Below are positions 26,797-41,700 of a stretch of DNA of 64,000 nt, piece by piece. The notes beneath the pieces are model-generated. The model saw only the letters and a program-made list of their open reading frames with translations, ran no database searches and was not told where the DNA came from. The position numbers and the translations under genes were made by a program. This DNA comes from Antedon mediterranea (taxonomy: Eukaryota; Animalia; Echinodermata), in the NCBI RefSeq assembly GCF_964355755.1, contig NC_092672.1, positions 17,249,237-17,313,236 of the forward strand, given 5' to 3'. Positions within the stretch are counted from its first letter, which is position 1. Every line of letters begins with the position of its first letter.

Positions 26797-29700
26797 TAAT
26801 AATGCCATGCAACTTTGATTCTGATTCTAAAAAAGATCCATTTGTTTAGGCCTGGCATTCACAACCCTAAAAAATATCTAATTTTCAAAAAAAATATTTA
26901 TTTTCAATAAGCAAAAAAAAGCAATATCCCTAGAGGTTGGAACCCGCTACCGAGAGCACTCAAACCTGGGTATTACCCGTTACACGCCACAAACCAGTAG
27001 ATAACTGAAGAGCTGATAATAGTCTATTTATATGAAATTAATGATCAATCAATGAAAAATAATGCCATGCAACTTTGTTTCTGATTTTAAAAAAAGTTTC
27101 ATTTGTTTAGGCCTGACATTTAAAACCCTCAAAATATCTCACTTTCAAAAAAAATATTTATTTTCAATTAAAAAAAAAAGAAAAGAAATATCCCTAGAGG
27201 TTCGAACACACTACTGCGAGCACTCAAACTTGAGCATTATCCGTTACGCCACAAACCAGTAGATGACTGAATAGCTGATAATAGTCTATTTATATGAAAT
27301 GAATGATCAATCAATGAAAAATAATGCCATGCAACTTTGTTTCTGATTTAAAAAAATTTCCACTTGTTCAGGCCTGACATTTACAACCCTCAAAATATCT
27401 CACTTTTAAAAAACCATATTTATTTTCAATTTAAAAAAAAAAGAAAAAAATATACCTAGAGGTTCGACCCACTACTCAGAGCACTCAAACCTGAGCATTA
27501 CCCGTTACGCCACAAACCAGTAGATGACTGAAGAGCTCATAATAGTTTATTTATATGAAATGAATGATTAATCAATGAAAAATAATGCCATGCAACTTTG
27601 TTTCTGATTCTAAAAAAGGTTCATTTGTTTAGGCCTGACATTTACAACCCTCAAAATATCTCACTTTCAAAAAAAATATTTATTTTCAATTAAAAAAAAA
27701 AGAAAAGAAATATCCCTAGAGGTTCGAAACCACTACTGCGAGCACTCAAACTTGAGCATTACCCGTTACGCCTCAAACCAGTAGATGACTGAGTAGCTGA
27801 TTATACTCTATTTATATGAAATGAATGATCAATCAATGAAAAATAATGCCATGCAACTTTGTTTCTGATTGAAAAAAATGTTCACTTGTTTAGGCCTGAC
27901 ATTTACAACCCTCAAAATATCTCACTTTCAAAAACAATATTTATTTTCAAATAAAAAAAAATATCCTTACAGGTTGGAACCCGCTACTGAGAGAACTCAA
28001 ACATGGGTATTACCCGTTACGCCACAAACCAGTAGATAACTGAAGATCTGATAATAGTATATTTATATGAAATTAATGATCAATCAATGAAAAATAATGC
28101 CATGCAAATTTGTTTCTGATTTTAAAAAAGGTTCACTTGTTTAGGCCTGACATTTACAACCCTCAAAATATCTCACTTTCAAAAACAATAATATTTTCAA
28201 TAAAAAAAAAAGAAACAAAATATCCCTAGAGGTTCACACCCACTAGTGAAAGCACTCAGACTTGAGCATTACCCGTTACGCCACAAACCAGTAGATGACT
28301 GAAGAGCTGATAATACTCTATTTATATGAAATAAATAATAAATCAATGAAAAATAATGCCATGCAACTTTGTTTCTGATTTTAAAAAAAGGTTCATTTGT
28401 TTAGGCCTGACATTTACAACCCTCAAAATATCTCACTTTCAAAAAAAAAAGAAAAGAAATATCCCTAGAGGTTCGAACCCACTACTGCGAGCACTCAATC
28501 TTGATCATTATCCGTTACGCCACAAACCAGTAGATCACTGAGTAGCTGATAATAGTCTATTTATATGAAATGAATGATCAATCAATGAAAAATAATGCCA
28601 TGCAACTTTGTTTCTGATTTTAAAAAATGTCCACTTGTTTATGCCTGACATTTACAACCCTCAAAATATCTCACTTTTAAAAAAACATATTTATTTTCAA
28701 TTTAAAAAAAAAGAAAAAAAAATATCCCTAGAGGTTTGACCCACTACTCAGAGCACTCAAACCTGAGCATTATCCGTTACGCCACAAACTAGTAGATGAC
28801 TGAAGAGCTGATAATAGTTTATTTATATGAAATGAATGATCAATCAATGAAAAATAATGCCATGCAACTTTGTTTCTGATTCTAAAAAAGATCCATTTGT
28901 TTAGGCCTTACATTTACAAGCCTCAAAATATCTCACTTTCAAAAACAATATTATTTTCAAATAAAAAAAAATATCCTTACAGGTTGGAACCCGCTACTGA
29001 GAGAACTCAAACCTGGGTATTACCCGTTACGCCACAAACCAGTAGATAACTGAAGATCTGATAATAGTCTATTTATATGAAATTAATGATCAATCAATGA
29101 AAAATAATGCCATGCAACTTTGTTTCTGATTTTAAAAAGGGTTCACTTGTTTGGGCCTGACATCTACAACCCTCAAAATATCTCACTTTCAAAAACTATA
29201 TTATTTTCAATAAAAAAAAAAAGAAACGAAAAATCCGTAGAGGTTCGAACCCACTAGTGAAAGCATTCAAACTTGAGCATTACCCGTTACGCCACAAACC
29301 AGTAGATGACTGAAGAGCTGATAATACTCTATTTATATGAAATAAATAATAAATCAATGAAAAATAATGCCATGCAACTTTGTTTCTGATTTTAAAAAAA
29401 GGTTCATTTGTTTAGGCCTGACATTTACAACCCTCAAAATATCTCATTTTCAAAAAAAATATTTATTTTCAATTAACAAAAAAAAGAAAAGAAATATCCT
29501 AGAGGTTCGAACCCACTACTACGAGCACTCAAACTTGAGCATTATCCGTTACGCCACAAACCAGTGGATCACTGAGTAGCTGATAATAGTCTATTTATAT
29601 GAAATGAATGATCAATCAATGAAAAATAATGCCATGCAACTTTGTTTCTGATTTTAAAAAATGTCCACTTGTTTAGGCCTGACATTTACAACCCTCAAAA

Positions 29701-32700
29701 TATCTCACTTTCAAAAACAATATTTATTTTCAAATTAAAAAAATATCCTTACAGGTTGGAACCCGCTACTGAGAGAACTCCAACCTGGGTATTACCCGGT
29801 ACGCCACAAACCAGTAGATAACTGAAGATATGATAATAGTATATTTATATGAAATTAATGATCAATCAATGAAAAATAATGCCATGCAACTTTGTTTCTG
29901 ATTTTAAAAAAAGGTTCATTTGTTTAGGCCTGACATTTACAACCCTCAAAATATCTCACTTTCAAAAACAATATTATTTTCAATAAAAAAAAAAAGAAAC
30001 AAAATATCCGTAGAGGTTCGAACCCACTAGTGAAAGCACTCAGACTTGAGCATTACCCGTTACGCCACAAACCAGTAGATGACTGAAGAGCTGATAATAC
30101 TCTATTTTTATGAAATAAATAATAAATCAATGAAAAATAATGCCATGCAACTTTGTTTCTGATTTTTAAAAAAGGTTCATTTGTTTAGGCCTGACATTTA
30201 CAACCCTCAAAATATCTCATTTTCAAAAAAAATATTTATTTTCAATTAACAAAAAAAGAAAAAGAAATATCCCTAGAGGTTCGAACCCACTACTGCGAGC
30301 ACTCAAACTTGAGCATTATCCGTTACGCCACAAACCAGTAGATCACTGAGTAGCTGATAATAGTCTATTTATATGAAATGAATGATCAATCAATGAAAAA
30401 TAATGCCATGCAACTTTGTTTCTGATTTTAAAAAATGTCCACTTGTTTATGCCTGACATTTACAACCCTCAAAATATCTCACTTTTAAAAAAACATATTT
30501 ATTTTCAATTTAAAAAAAAAGGAAAAAATATTCGTAGAGGTTCGACCCACTACTGCGAGAACTCAAACCTGAGCATTACCCGTTACGCCACAAACTAGTA
30601 GATGACTGAAGAGCTGATAATAGTTTATTTATATGAAATGAATGATCAATCAATGAAAAATAATGCCATGCAACTTTGATTCTGATTCTAAAAAAGATCC
30701 ATTTGTTTAGGCCTGATATTCACAACCCTCAAAATATCTCATTTTAAAAAAAAATATTTATTTTCAATAAGAAAAAAAAAGCAATATCCCTAGAGGTTGG
30801 AACCCTCTACTGAGAGCACTCAAACCTGGGTATTACCCGTTACGCCACAAACCAGTAGATAACTGAAGAGCTGATAATAGTCTATTTATATGAAATTAAT
30901 GATCAATCAATGAAAAATAATGCCATGCAACTTTGTTTCTGATTTTAAAAAAGGTTCATTTGTTTAGGCCTGACATTTACAACCCTCAAAATATCTCACT
31001 TTCAAACAAAATATTTATTTTCAATTAAAAAAAAAAGAAAAGAAATATCCCTACAGGTTCGAACCCACTACTGCGAGCACTCAAACTTGAGCATTACCCG
31101 TTACGCCTCAAACCAGTTGATGACTGAGTAGCTGATAATACTCTATTTATATTAAATGAATGATCAATCAATGAAAAATAATGCCATGCAACTTTGTTTC
31201 TGATTGAAAAAAATGTTCACTTGTTTACCCGTTACGCCACAAACCAGTAGATGACTGAAGAGCTGATAATAGTCTATTTATATGAAATGAATGATCAATC
31301 ACAGAAAAATAATGCCATGCAACTTTGTTTCTGATTTTAAAAAAGGTTCACTTGTTTAGGCCTGACATTTACAACCCTCAAAATATCTCACTTTCAAAAA
31401 CAATATTTATTTTAAATAAAATAAAAAAAAGAAACAAAATATCCGTAGAGGTTCGAACCCACTAGTGAGAGCACTCAAACTTGAGCATTACCCGTTACGC
31501 CACAAAGCAGTAGATGACTGAGGAGCGTATAATAGTCTATATATATGAAATGAATGATCAATCAATGAAAAATAATTCCATGCAACTTTGTTTCTGATTT
31601 AAAAAAATGTTCACTTGTTTAGGCCTGACATTTACAACCCTCAAAATATCTCACTTTTAAAAAACCATATTTATTTTCAATTGAAAAAAAAGAAACAAAA
31701 TATCCGTAGAGGTTCGACCCACTACTCAGAGCACTCAAACCTGAGCATTACCCGTTACGCCACAAACCAGTAGAAGACTGAAGGGCTGATAATAGTTTAT
31801 TTATATGAAATGAATGATCAATCAATGAAAAATAATGCCATGCAACTTTGTTTCTGATTTCAAAAAAGATCCATTTGTTTAGGCCTGACATTCACAACCC
31901 TAAAAAAATATCTCATTTTCAAAAAAAAATATTTATTTTCAATAAGAAAAAAAAAAGCAATATACCTTGAGGTTGGAACCCGCTACTGAGAGCACTCAAA
32001 CCTGGGTATTACCCGTTACGCCACAAACCAGTAGATAACTGAAGAGCTAATAATAGTCTATTTATATGAAATTAATGATCAATCAATGAAAAATAATGCC
32101 ATGCAACTTTGTTTCTGATTTTAAAAAAAGGTTCATTTGTTTAGGCCTGACATTTACAACCCTCAAAATATCTCACTTTCAAAAACAATATTTATTTTAA
32201 ATAAAATAAAAAAAAAGAAACAAAATATCCGTAGAGGTTCGAACCCACTAGTGAGAGCACTCAAACTTGAGCATTACCCGTTACGCCACAAAGCAGTAGA
32301 TGACTGAGGAGCTGATAATAGTCTATATATATGAAATGAATGATCAATCAATGAAAAATAATTCCATGCAACTTTGTTTCTGATTTAAAAAAATGTTCAC
32401 TTGTTTAGGCCTGACATTTACAACCCTCAAAATATCTCACTTTTAAAAAACCATATTTATTTTCAATTGAAAAAAAAGAAACAAAATATCCGTAGAGGTT
32501 CGACCCACTACTCAGAGCACTCAAACCTGAGCATTACCCGTTACGCCACAAACCAGTAGAAGACTGAAGGGCTGATAATAGTTTATTTATATGAAATGAA
32601 TGATCAATCAATGAAAAATAATGCCATGCAACTTTGTTTCTGATTTTAAAAAAGATCCATTTGTTTAGGCCTGACATTCACAACCCTAAAAAATATCTCA

Positions 32701-35700
32701 TTTTCAAAAAAAAATATTTATTTTCAATAAGAAAAAAAAAAGCAATATACCTTGAGGTTGGAACCCGCTAATGAGAGCACTCAAACCTGGGTATTACCCG
32801 TTACGCCACAAACCAGTAGATAACTGAACAGCTAATAATAGTCTATTTATATGAAATTAATGATCAATCAATGAAAAATAATGCCATGCAACTTTGTTTC
32901 TGATTTTAAAAAAGGTTCATTTGTTTAGGCCTGACATTTACAACCCTCTAAATATCTCACTTTCAAAAAAAATATTTATTTTCAATTAAAAAAAAAAAGA
33001 AAAGAAATATCCCTAGAGGTTCGAACCCACTACTGCGAGCACACAAACTTGAGCATTATCCGTTACGCCACAAACCAGTAGATGACTGAGTAGCTGATAA
33101 TAGTCTATTTATATGAAATGAATGATCAATCAATGAAAAAAAATGGCATGCAACTTTGTTTCTGATTTTAAAAAATGTCCACTTGTTCAGGCCTGACATT
33201 TACAACCCTCAAAATATCTCACTTTTAAAAAACCATATTTATTTTCAATTTAAAAAAAAAAGAAAAAAAATATCCCTAGAGGTTCGACCCACTTCTCAGA
33301 GCACTCAAACCTGAGCATTACCCGTTACGCCACAAACCAGTAGATGACTGAAGAGCTCATAATAGTTTTTTTATATGAAATGAATGATCAATCAGTGAAA
33401 AATAATGCCATGCAACTTTGTTTCTGATTCTAAAAAAGATCCATTTGTTTAGGCCTGACATTCACAACCCTAAAAAATATCTAATTTTCAAAAAAAATAT
33501 TTATTTTCAATAAGAAAAAAAAACCAATATCCCTAAAGGTTGGAACCCGCTACTTTGAGCACTCAAACTTGGGTATTACCCGTTATGCCACAAACCTGTA
33601 GATAACTGAAGAGCTGATAATAGTCTATTTATATGAAATTAATGATCAATCAATGAAAAATAATGCCATGCAACTTTGTTTCTGATTTTAAAAAAGGTTC
33701 ATTTGTTTAGGCCTGACATTTACAACCCTCAAAATATCTCACTTTCAAAAAAAATATTTATTTTCAATTAAAAAAAAAAGAAAAGAAATATCCTTAGAGG
33801 TTTGAACCCACTACTGCGAGCACTCAAACTTGAGCATTACCCGTTACGCCTCAAACCAGTTGATGACTGAGTAGCTGATAATACTCTATTTATATGAAAT
33901 GAATGATCAATAAATGAAAAATAATGCCATGCAACTTTGTTTCTGATTGAAAAAAATGTTCACTTGTTTAGGCATGACATTTACAACCCTCAAAATATCT
34001 CACTTTCAAAAACAATATTTATTTTAAATTAAAAAAAAATAGAAACAAAATATCCGTAGAGGTTCGAACCCACTAGTGAGAGCACTCAAACTTGAGCATT
34101 ACCCGTTTCGCCACAAACCAGTAGATGACTGAAGAGCTGTTAATAGTCTATTTATATGAAATGAATGATCAATCACAGAAAAATAATGCCATGCAACTTT
34201 GTTTCTGATTTTAAAAAAGATCCATTTGGTTAGGCCTGACATTCACAACCCTAAAAAATATCTCATTTTCCCAAAAAATATTTATTTTCAATAACAAAAA
34301 AAAAGCAATATCCCTAGAGGTTGGAACCCGCTACTGAGTGCACTCAAACCTGGGTATTACCCGTTACGCCACAAACCAGTAGATAACTGAAGAGCTAATA
34401 ATAGTCTATTTATATGAAATTAATGATCAATCAATGAAAAATAATGCCATGCAACTTTGTTTCTGATTTTAAAAAAAGGTTCATTTGTTTAGGCCTGACA
34501 TTTACAACCCTCAAAATATCTCACTTTCAAAAAAAATATTTATTTTCAATTAAAAAAAAAAGAAAAGAAATATCCCTAGAGGTTCGAACCCACTACTGCG
34601 AGCACACAAACTTGAGCATTATCCGTTACGCCACAAACCAGTAGATGACTGAGTAGCGGATAATAGTCTATTTATATGAAATGAATGATCAATCAATGAA
34701 AAAAAATGCCATGCAACTTTGTTTCTGATTTAAAAAAATGTCCACTTGTTCAGGCCTGACATTTACAACCCTCAAAATATCTCACTTTTAAAAAACCATA
34801 TTTATTTTGAATTTTAAAAAAAAAAGAAAAAAAATATCCCAAGAGGTTCGACCCACTACTCAGAGCACTCAAACCTGAGCATTACCCGTTACGCCACAAA
34901 CCAGTAGATGACTGAAGAGCTCATAATAGTTTATTTATATGAAATGAATGATCAATCAATGAAAAATAATGCCATGCAACTTTGTTTCTGATTCTAAAAA
35001 AGATCCATTTGTTTAGGCCTGACATTCACAACCCTAAAAAATATCTCATTTTCAAAAAAAATATTTATTTTCAATAAGAAAAAAAAAAGCAATATCCCTA
35101 GAGGTTGGAACCCGCTACTTTGAGCACTCAAACTTGGGTATTACCCGTTACGCCACAAACCAGTAGATAACTGAAGAGCTGATAATAGTCTATTTATATG
35201 AAAATAATGATCAATCAATGAAAAATAATGCCATGCAACTTTGTTTCTGATTTTAAAAAAGGTTCATTTGTTTAGGCCTAACATTTACAACCCTCAAAAT
35301 ATCTCACTTTCAAAAAAAATATTTATTTTCAATTTAAAAAAAAAGAAAAGAAATATCCCTAGAGGTTCGAACCCACTACTGCGAGCACTCAAACTTGAGC
35401 ATTACCCGTTACGCCTCAAACCAGTAGATGACTGAGTAGCTGATAATACTCTATTTATATGAAATGAATGATCAATCAATGAAAAATAATGCCATGCAAC
35501 TTTGTTTCTGATTGAAAAAAATGTTCACTTGTTTAGGCCTGACATTTACAACCCTCAAAATATCTCACTTTCAAAAACAATATTTATTTTCAAATAAAAA
35601 AAATATCCTTACAGGTTGGAACCCGCTACTGAGAGAACTCAAACCTGGGTATTACCCGGTACGCCACAAACCAGTAGATAACTGAAGATCTGATAATAGT

Positions 35701-38700
35701 ATATTTATATGAAATTAATGATCAATCAATGAAAAATAATGCCATGCAACTTTGTTTCTGATTTTAAAAAAAGGTTCATTTGTTTAGGCCTGACATTTAC
35801 AACCCTCAAAATATCTCACTTTCAAAAACAATATTATTTTCAATAAAAAAAAAAAGAAACAAAATATCCGTAGAGGTTCGAACCCACTAGTGAAAGCACT
35901 CAGACTTGAGCATTACCCGTTATGCCACAAACCAGTAGATGACTGAAGAGCTGATAATACTCTATTTTTATGAAATAAATAATAAATCAATGAAAAATAA
36001 TGCCATGCAACTTTGTTTCTGATTTTTAAAAAAGGTTCATTTGTTTAGGCCTGACATTTACAACCCTCAAAATATCTCATTTTCAAAAAACATATTTATT
36101 TTCAATTTTAAAAAAAAAGAAAAAAATATTGGTAGAGGTTCGACCCACTACTGCGGGAACTCAAACCTGAGCATTACCCGTTACGCCACAAACTAGTAGA
36201 TGACTGAAGAGCTGATAATAGTTTATTTATATGAAATGAATGATCAATCAATGAAAAATAATGCCATGCAACTTTGTTTCTGATTCTAAAAAAGATCCAT
36301 TTGTTTAGGACTGATATTCACAACCCTAAAAAATATCTCATTTAAAAAAAAAATATTTATTTTCAATAAGAAAAAAAAAGCAATATCCCTAGAGGTTGGA
36401 ACCCTCTACTGAGAGCACTCAAACCTGGGTATTACCCGTTACGCCACAAACCAGTAGATAACTGAATAGCTGATAATAGTCTATTTATATGAAATTAATG
36501 ATCAATCAATGAAAAATAATGCCATGCAACTTTGTTTCTGATTTTTAAAAAGGTTCACTTGTTTAGGCCTGACATTTACAACCCTCAAAATATCTCACTT
36601 TCAAAAACAATATTTAATTTCAATTAAAAAAAAAAAGAAACGAAATATCCGTAGAGGTTCGAACCCACTAGTGAGAGCACTCAAACTTGAGCATTACCCG
36701 TTTCGCCACAAACCAGTAGATGGCTGAAGAGCTGATAATACTCTATTTATATGAAATCAATAATAAATCAATGAAAAATAATGCCATGCAACTTTGTTTC
36801 TGATTTTAAAAAAGGTCCACTTGTTTAGGCCTGATATTTACAACCCTCAAAATATCTCACTTTCAAAAACAATATAATTTTCAATTTTAAAAAAAAAATT
36901 CCTAGAGGTTCGAACCCACTACCGAGAGCCCACAAACCAGTAGATGACTGAGGAGCTGATAATAGTCTATTTATATGAAATGAATGATTAATCAATGAAA
37001 AATAATGCCATGCAACTTTGTTTCTGATTTTAAAAAAGGTCCACTTGTTTAGGCCTGACATTTACAACCCTCAAAATATCTCACTTTCAAAAACAATATT
37101 TATTTTCAATTAAAAAAAAAAGAAAAAAATATTCGTAGAGGTTCGAACCCACTACTGCGAGAACTCAAACCTGAGCACTACCGGTTACCCCACAAACCAG
37201 TAGATGACTGAAGAGCTGATAACAGTCTATTTATATGAAATGAATGATCAATCAATGAAAAATAATGCCATGCAACTTTGTTTCTGATTGAAAAAAATGT
37301 CCACTTGTTTAGGCCTGACATTTACAACCCTCAAAATATCTCACTTTCAAAAAAAAATATTTATTTTCAAATAAAAAAAATATCCTTACAGGTTGGAACC
37401 CGCTACTGAGAGAACTCAAACCTGGGTATTACCCGGTACGCCACAAACCAGTAGATAACTGAAGATCTGATAATAGTATATTTATATGAAATTAATGATC
37501 AATCAATGAAAAATAATGCCATGCAACTTTGTTTCTGATTTTAAAAAAAGGTTCATTTGTTTAGGCCTGACATTTACAACCCTCAAAATATCTCACTTTC
37601 AAAAACAATATTATTTTCAATAAAAAAAAAAAGAAACAAAATATCCGTAGAGGTTCGAACCCACTAGTGAAAGCACTCAGACTTGAGCATTACCCGTTAT
37701 GCCACAAACCAGTAGATGACTGAAGAGCTGATAATACTCTATTTTTATGAAATAAATAATAAATCAATGAAAAATAATGCCATGCAACTTTGTTTCTGAT
37801 TTTTAAAAAAGGTTCATTTGTTTAGGCCTGACATTTACAACCCTCAAAATATCTCATTTTCAAAAAACATATTTATTTTCAATTTTAGAAAAAAGAAAAA
37901 AATATTGGTAGAGGTTCGACCCACTACTGCGAGAACTCAAACCTGAGCATTACCCGTTACGCCACAAACTAGTAGATGACTGAAGAGCTGATAATAGTTT
38001 ATTTATATGAAATGAATGATCAATCAATGAAAAATAATGCCATGCGACTTTGTTTCTGATTCTAAAAAAGATCCATTTGTTTAGGCCTGATATTCACAAC
38101 CCTAAAAAATATCTCATTTTAAAAAAAATATTTATTTTCAATAAGAAAAAAAAAGCAATATCCCTAGAGGTTGGAACCCTCTACTGAGAGCACTCAAACC
38201 TGGGTATTACCCGTTACGCCACAAACCAGTAGATAACTGAATAGCTGATAATAGTCTATTTATATGAAATTAATGATCAATCAATGAAAAATAATGCCAT
38301 GCAACTTTGTTTCTGATTTTTAAAAAGGTTCACTTGTTTAGGCCTGACATTTACAACCCTCAAAATATCTCACTTTCAAAAACAATATTTAATTTCAATT
38401 AAAAAAAAAAAGAAACAAAATATCCGTAGAGGTTCGAACCCACTAGTGAGAGCACTCAAACTTGAGCATTACCCGTTACGCCACAAACCAGTAGATGGCT
38501 GAAGAGCTGATAATACTCTATTTATATGAAATCAATAATAAATCAATGAAAAATAATGCCATGCAACTTTGTTTCTGATTTTAAAAAAGGTCCACTTGTT
38601 TAGGCCTGATATTTACAACCCTCAAAATATCTCACTTTCAAAAACAATATAATTTTCAATTTAAAAAAAAAAATCCCTAGAGGTTCGAACCCACTACCGA

Positions 38701-41700
38701 GAGCCCACAAACCAGTAGATGACTGAGGAGCTGATAATAGTCTATTTATATGAAATGAATGATTAATCAATGAAAAATAATGCCATGCAACTTTGTTTCT
38801 GATTTTAAAAAAGGTCCACTTGTTTAGGCCTGACATTTACAACCCTCAAAATATCTCACTTTCAAAAACAATATTTATTTTCAATTAAAAAAAAAAGAAA
38901 AAAATATTCGTAGAGGTTCGAACCCACTACTGCGAGAACTCAAACCTGAGCACTACCGGTTACCCCACAAACCAGTAGATGACTGAAGAGCTGATAACAG
39001 TCTATTTATATGAAATGAATGATCAATCAATGAAAAATAATGCCATGCAACTTTGTTTCTGATTGAAAAAAATGTCCACTTGTTTAGGCCTGACATTTAC
39101 AACCCTCAAAATATCTCACTTTCAAAAAAAAATATTTATTTTCAATAAGAAAAAAAAAAGCAATATACCTTGAGGTTGGAACCCGCTACTGAGAGCACTC
39201 AAACCTGGGTATTACCCGTTACGCCACAAACCAGTAGATAACTGAAGAGCTAATAATAGTCTATTTATATGAAATTAATGATCAATCAATGAAAAATAAT
39301 GCCATGCAACTTTGTTTCTGATTTTAAAAAAGGTTCATTTGTTTAGGCCTGACATTTACAACCCTCTAAATATCTCACTTTCAAAAAAAATATTTATTTT
39401 CAATTAAAAAAAAAAAGAAAAGAAATATCCCTAGAGGTTCGAACCCACTACTGCGAGCACACAAACTTGAGCATTATCCGTTACGCCACAAACCAGTAGA
39501 TGACTGAGTAGCTGATAATAGTCTATTTATATGAAATGAATGATCAATCAATGAAAAAAAATGGCATGCAACTTTGTTTCTGATTTTAAAAAATGTCCAC
39601 TTGTTCAGGCCTGACATTTACAACCCTCAAAATATCTCACTTTTAAAAAACCATATTTATTTTCAATTTAAAAAAAAAAAGAAAAAAAATATCCCTAGAG
39701 GTTCGACCCACTACTCAGAGCACTCAAACCTGAGCATTACCCGTTACGCCACAAACCAGTAGATGACTGAAGAGCTCATAATAGTCTTTTTATATGAAAT
39801 GAATGATCAATCAGTGAAAAATAATGCCATGCAACTTTGTTTCTGATTCTAAAAAAGATCCATTTGTTTAGGCCTGACATTCACAACCCTAAAAAATATC
39901 TAATTTTCAAAAAAAATATTTATTTTCAATAAGAAAAAAAAAAGCAATATCCCTAAAGGTTGGAACCCGCTACTTTGAGCACTCAAACTTGGGTATTACC
40001 CGTTACGCCACAAACCAGTAGATAACTGAAGAGCTGATAATAGTCTATTTATATGAAATTAATGATCAATCAATGAAAAATAATGCCATGCAACTTTGTT
40101 TCTGATTTTAAAAAAGGTTCATTTGTTTAGGCCTGACATTTACAACCCTCAAAATATCTCACTTTCAAAAAAAATATTTATTTTCAATTAAAAAAAAAAG
40201 AAAAGAAATATCCTTAGAGGTTTGAACCCACTACTGCGAGCACTCAAACTTGAGCATTACCCGTTACGCCTCAAACCAGTTGATGACTGAGTAGCTGATA
40301 ATACTCTATTTATATGAAATGAATGATCAATAAATGAAAAATAATGGCATGCAACTTTGTTTCTGAGTGAAAAAAATGTTCACTTGTTTAGGCATGACAT
40401 TTACAACCCTCAAAATATCTCACTTTCAAAAACAATATTTATTTTAAATAAAAAAAAAATAGAAACAAAATATCCGTAGAGGTTCGAACCCACTAGTGAG
40501 AGCACTCAAACTTGAGCATTACCCGTTACGCCACAAACCAGTAGATGACTGAAGAGCTGTTAATAGTCTATTTATATGAAATGAATGATCAATCACAGAA
40601 AAATAATGCCATGCAACTTTGTTTCTGATTTTAAAAAAGATCCATTTGGTTAGGCCTGACATTCACAACCCTAAAAAATATCTCATTTTCCCAAAAAATA
40701 TTTATTTTCAATAACAAAAAAAAAAGCAATATCCCTAGAGGTTGGAACCCGCTACTGAGTGCACTCAAATCTGGGTAATACCCGTTACGCCACAAACCAG
40801 TAGATAACTGAAGAGCTAATAATAGTCTATTTATATGAAATTAATGATCAATCAATGAAAAATAATGCCATGCAACTTTGTTTCTGATTTTAAAAAAAGG
40901 TTCATTTGTTTAGGCCTGACATTTACAACCCTCAAAATATCTCACTTTCAAAAAAAATATTTATTTTCAATTAAAAAAAAAAAGAAAAGAAATATCCCTA
41001 GAGGTTCGAACCCACTACTGCGAGCACACAAACTTGAGCATTATCCGTTACGCCACAAACCAGTAGATGACTGAGTAGCTGATAATAGTCTATTTATATG
41101 AAATGAATGATCAATCAATGAAAAAAAATGCCATGCAACTTTGTTTCTGATTTAAAAAAATGTCCACTTGTTCAGGCCTGACATTTACAACCCTCAAAAT
41201 ATCTCACTTTTAAAAAACCATATTTATTTTGAATTTAAAAAAAAAAGAAAAAAAATATCCCTAGAGGTTCGACCCACTACTCAGAGCACTCAAACCTGAG
41301 CATTACCCGTTACGCCACAAACCAGTAGATGACTGAAGAGCTCATAATAGTTTATTTATATGAAATGAATGATCAATCAATGAAAAATAATGCCATGCAA
41401 CTTTGTTTCTGATTCTAAAAAAGATCCATTTGTTTAGGCCTGACATTCACAACCCTAAAAAATATCTCATTTTCAAAAAAAATATTTATTTTCAATAAGA
41501 AGAAAAAAAGCAATATCCCTAGAGGTTGGAACCCGCTACTTTGAGCACTCAAACTTGGGTATTACCCGTTACGCCACAAACCAGTAGATAACTGAAGAGC
41601 TGATAATAGTCTATTTATATGAAATTAATGATCAATCAATGAAAAATAATGCCATGCAACTTTGTTTCTGATTTTAAAAAAGGTTCATTTGTTTAGGCCT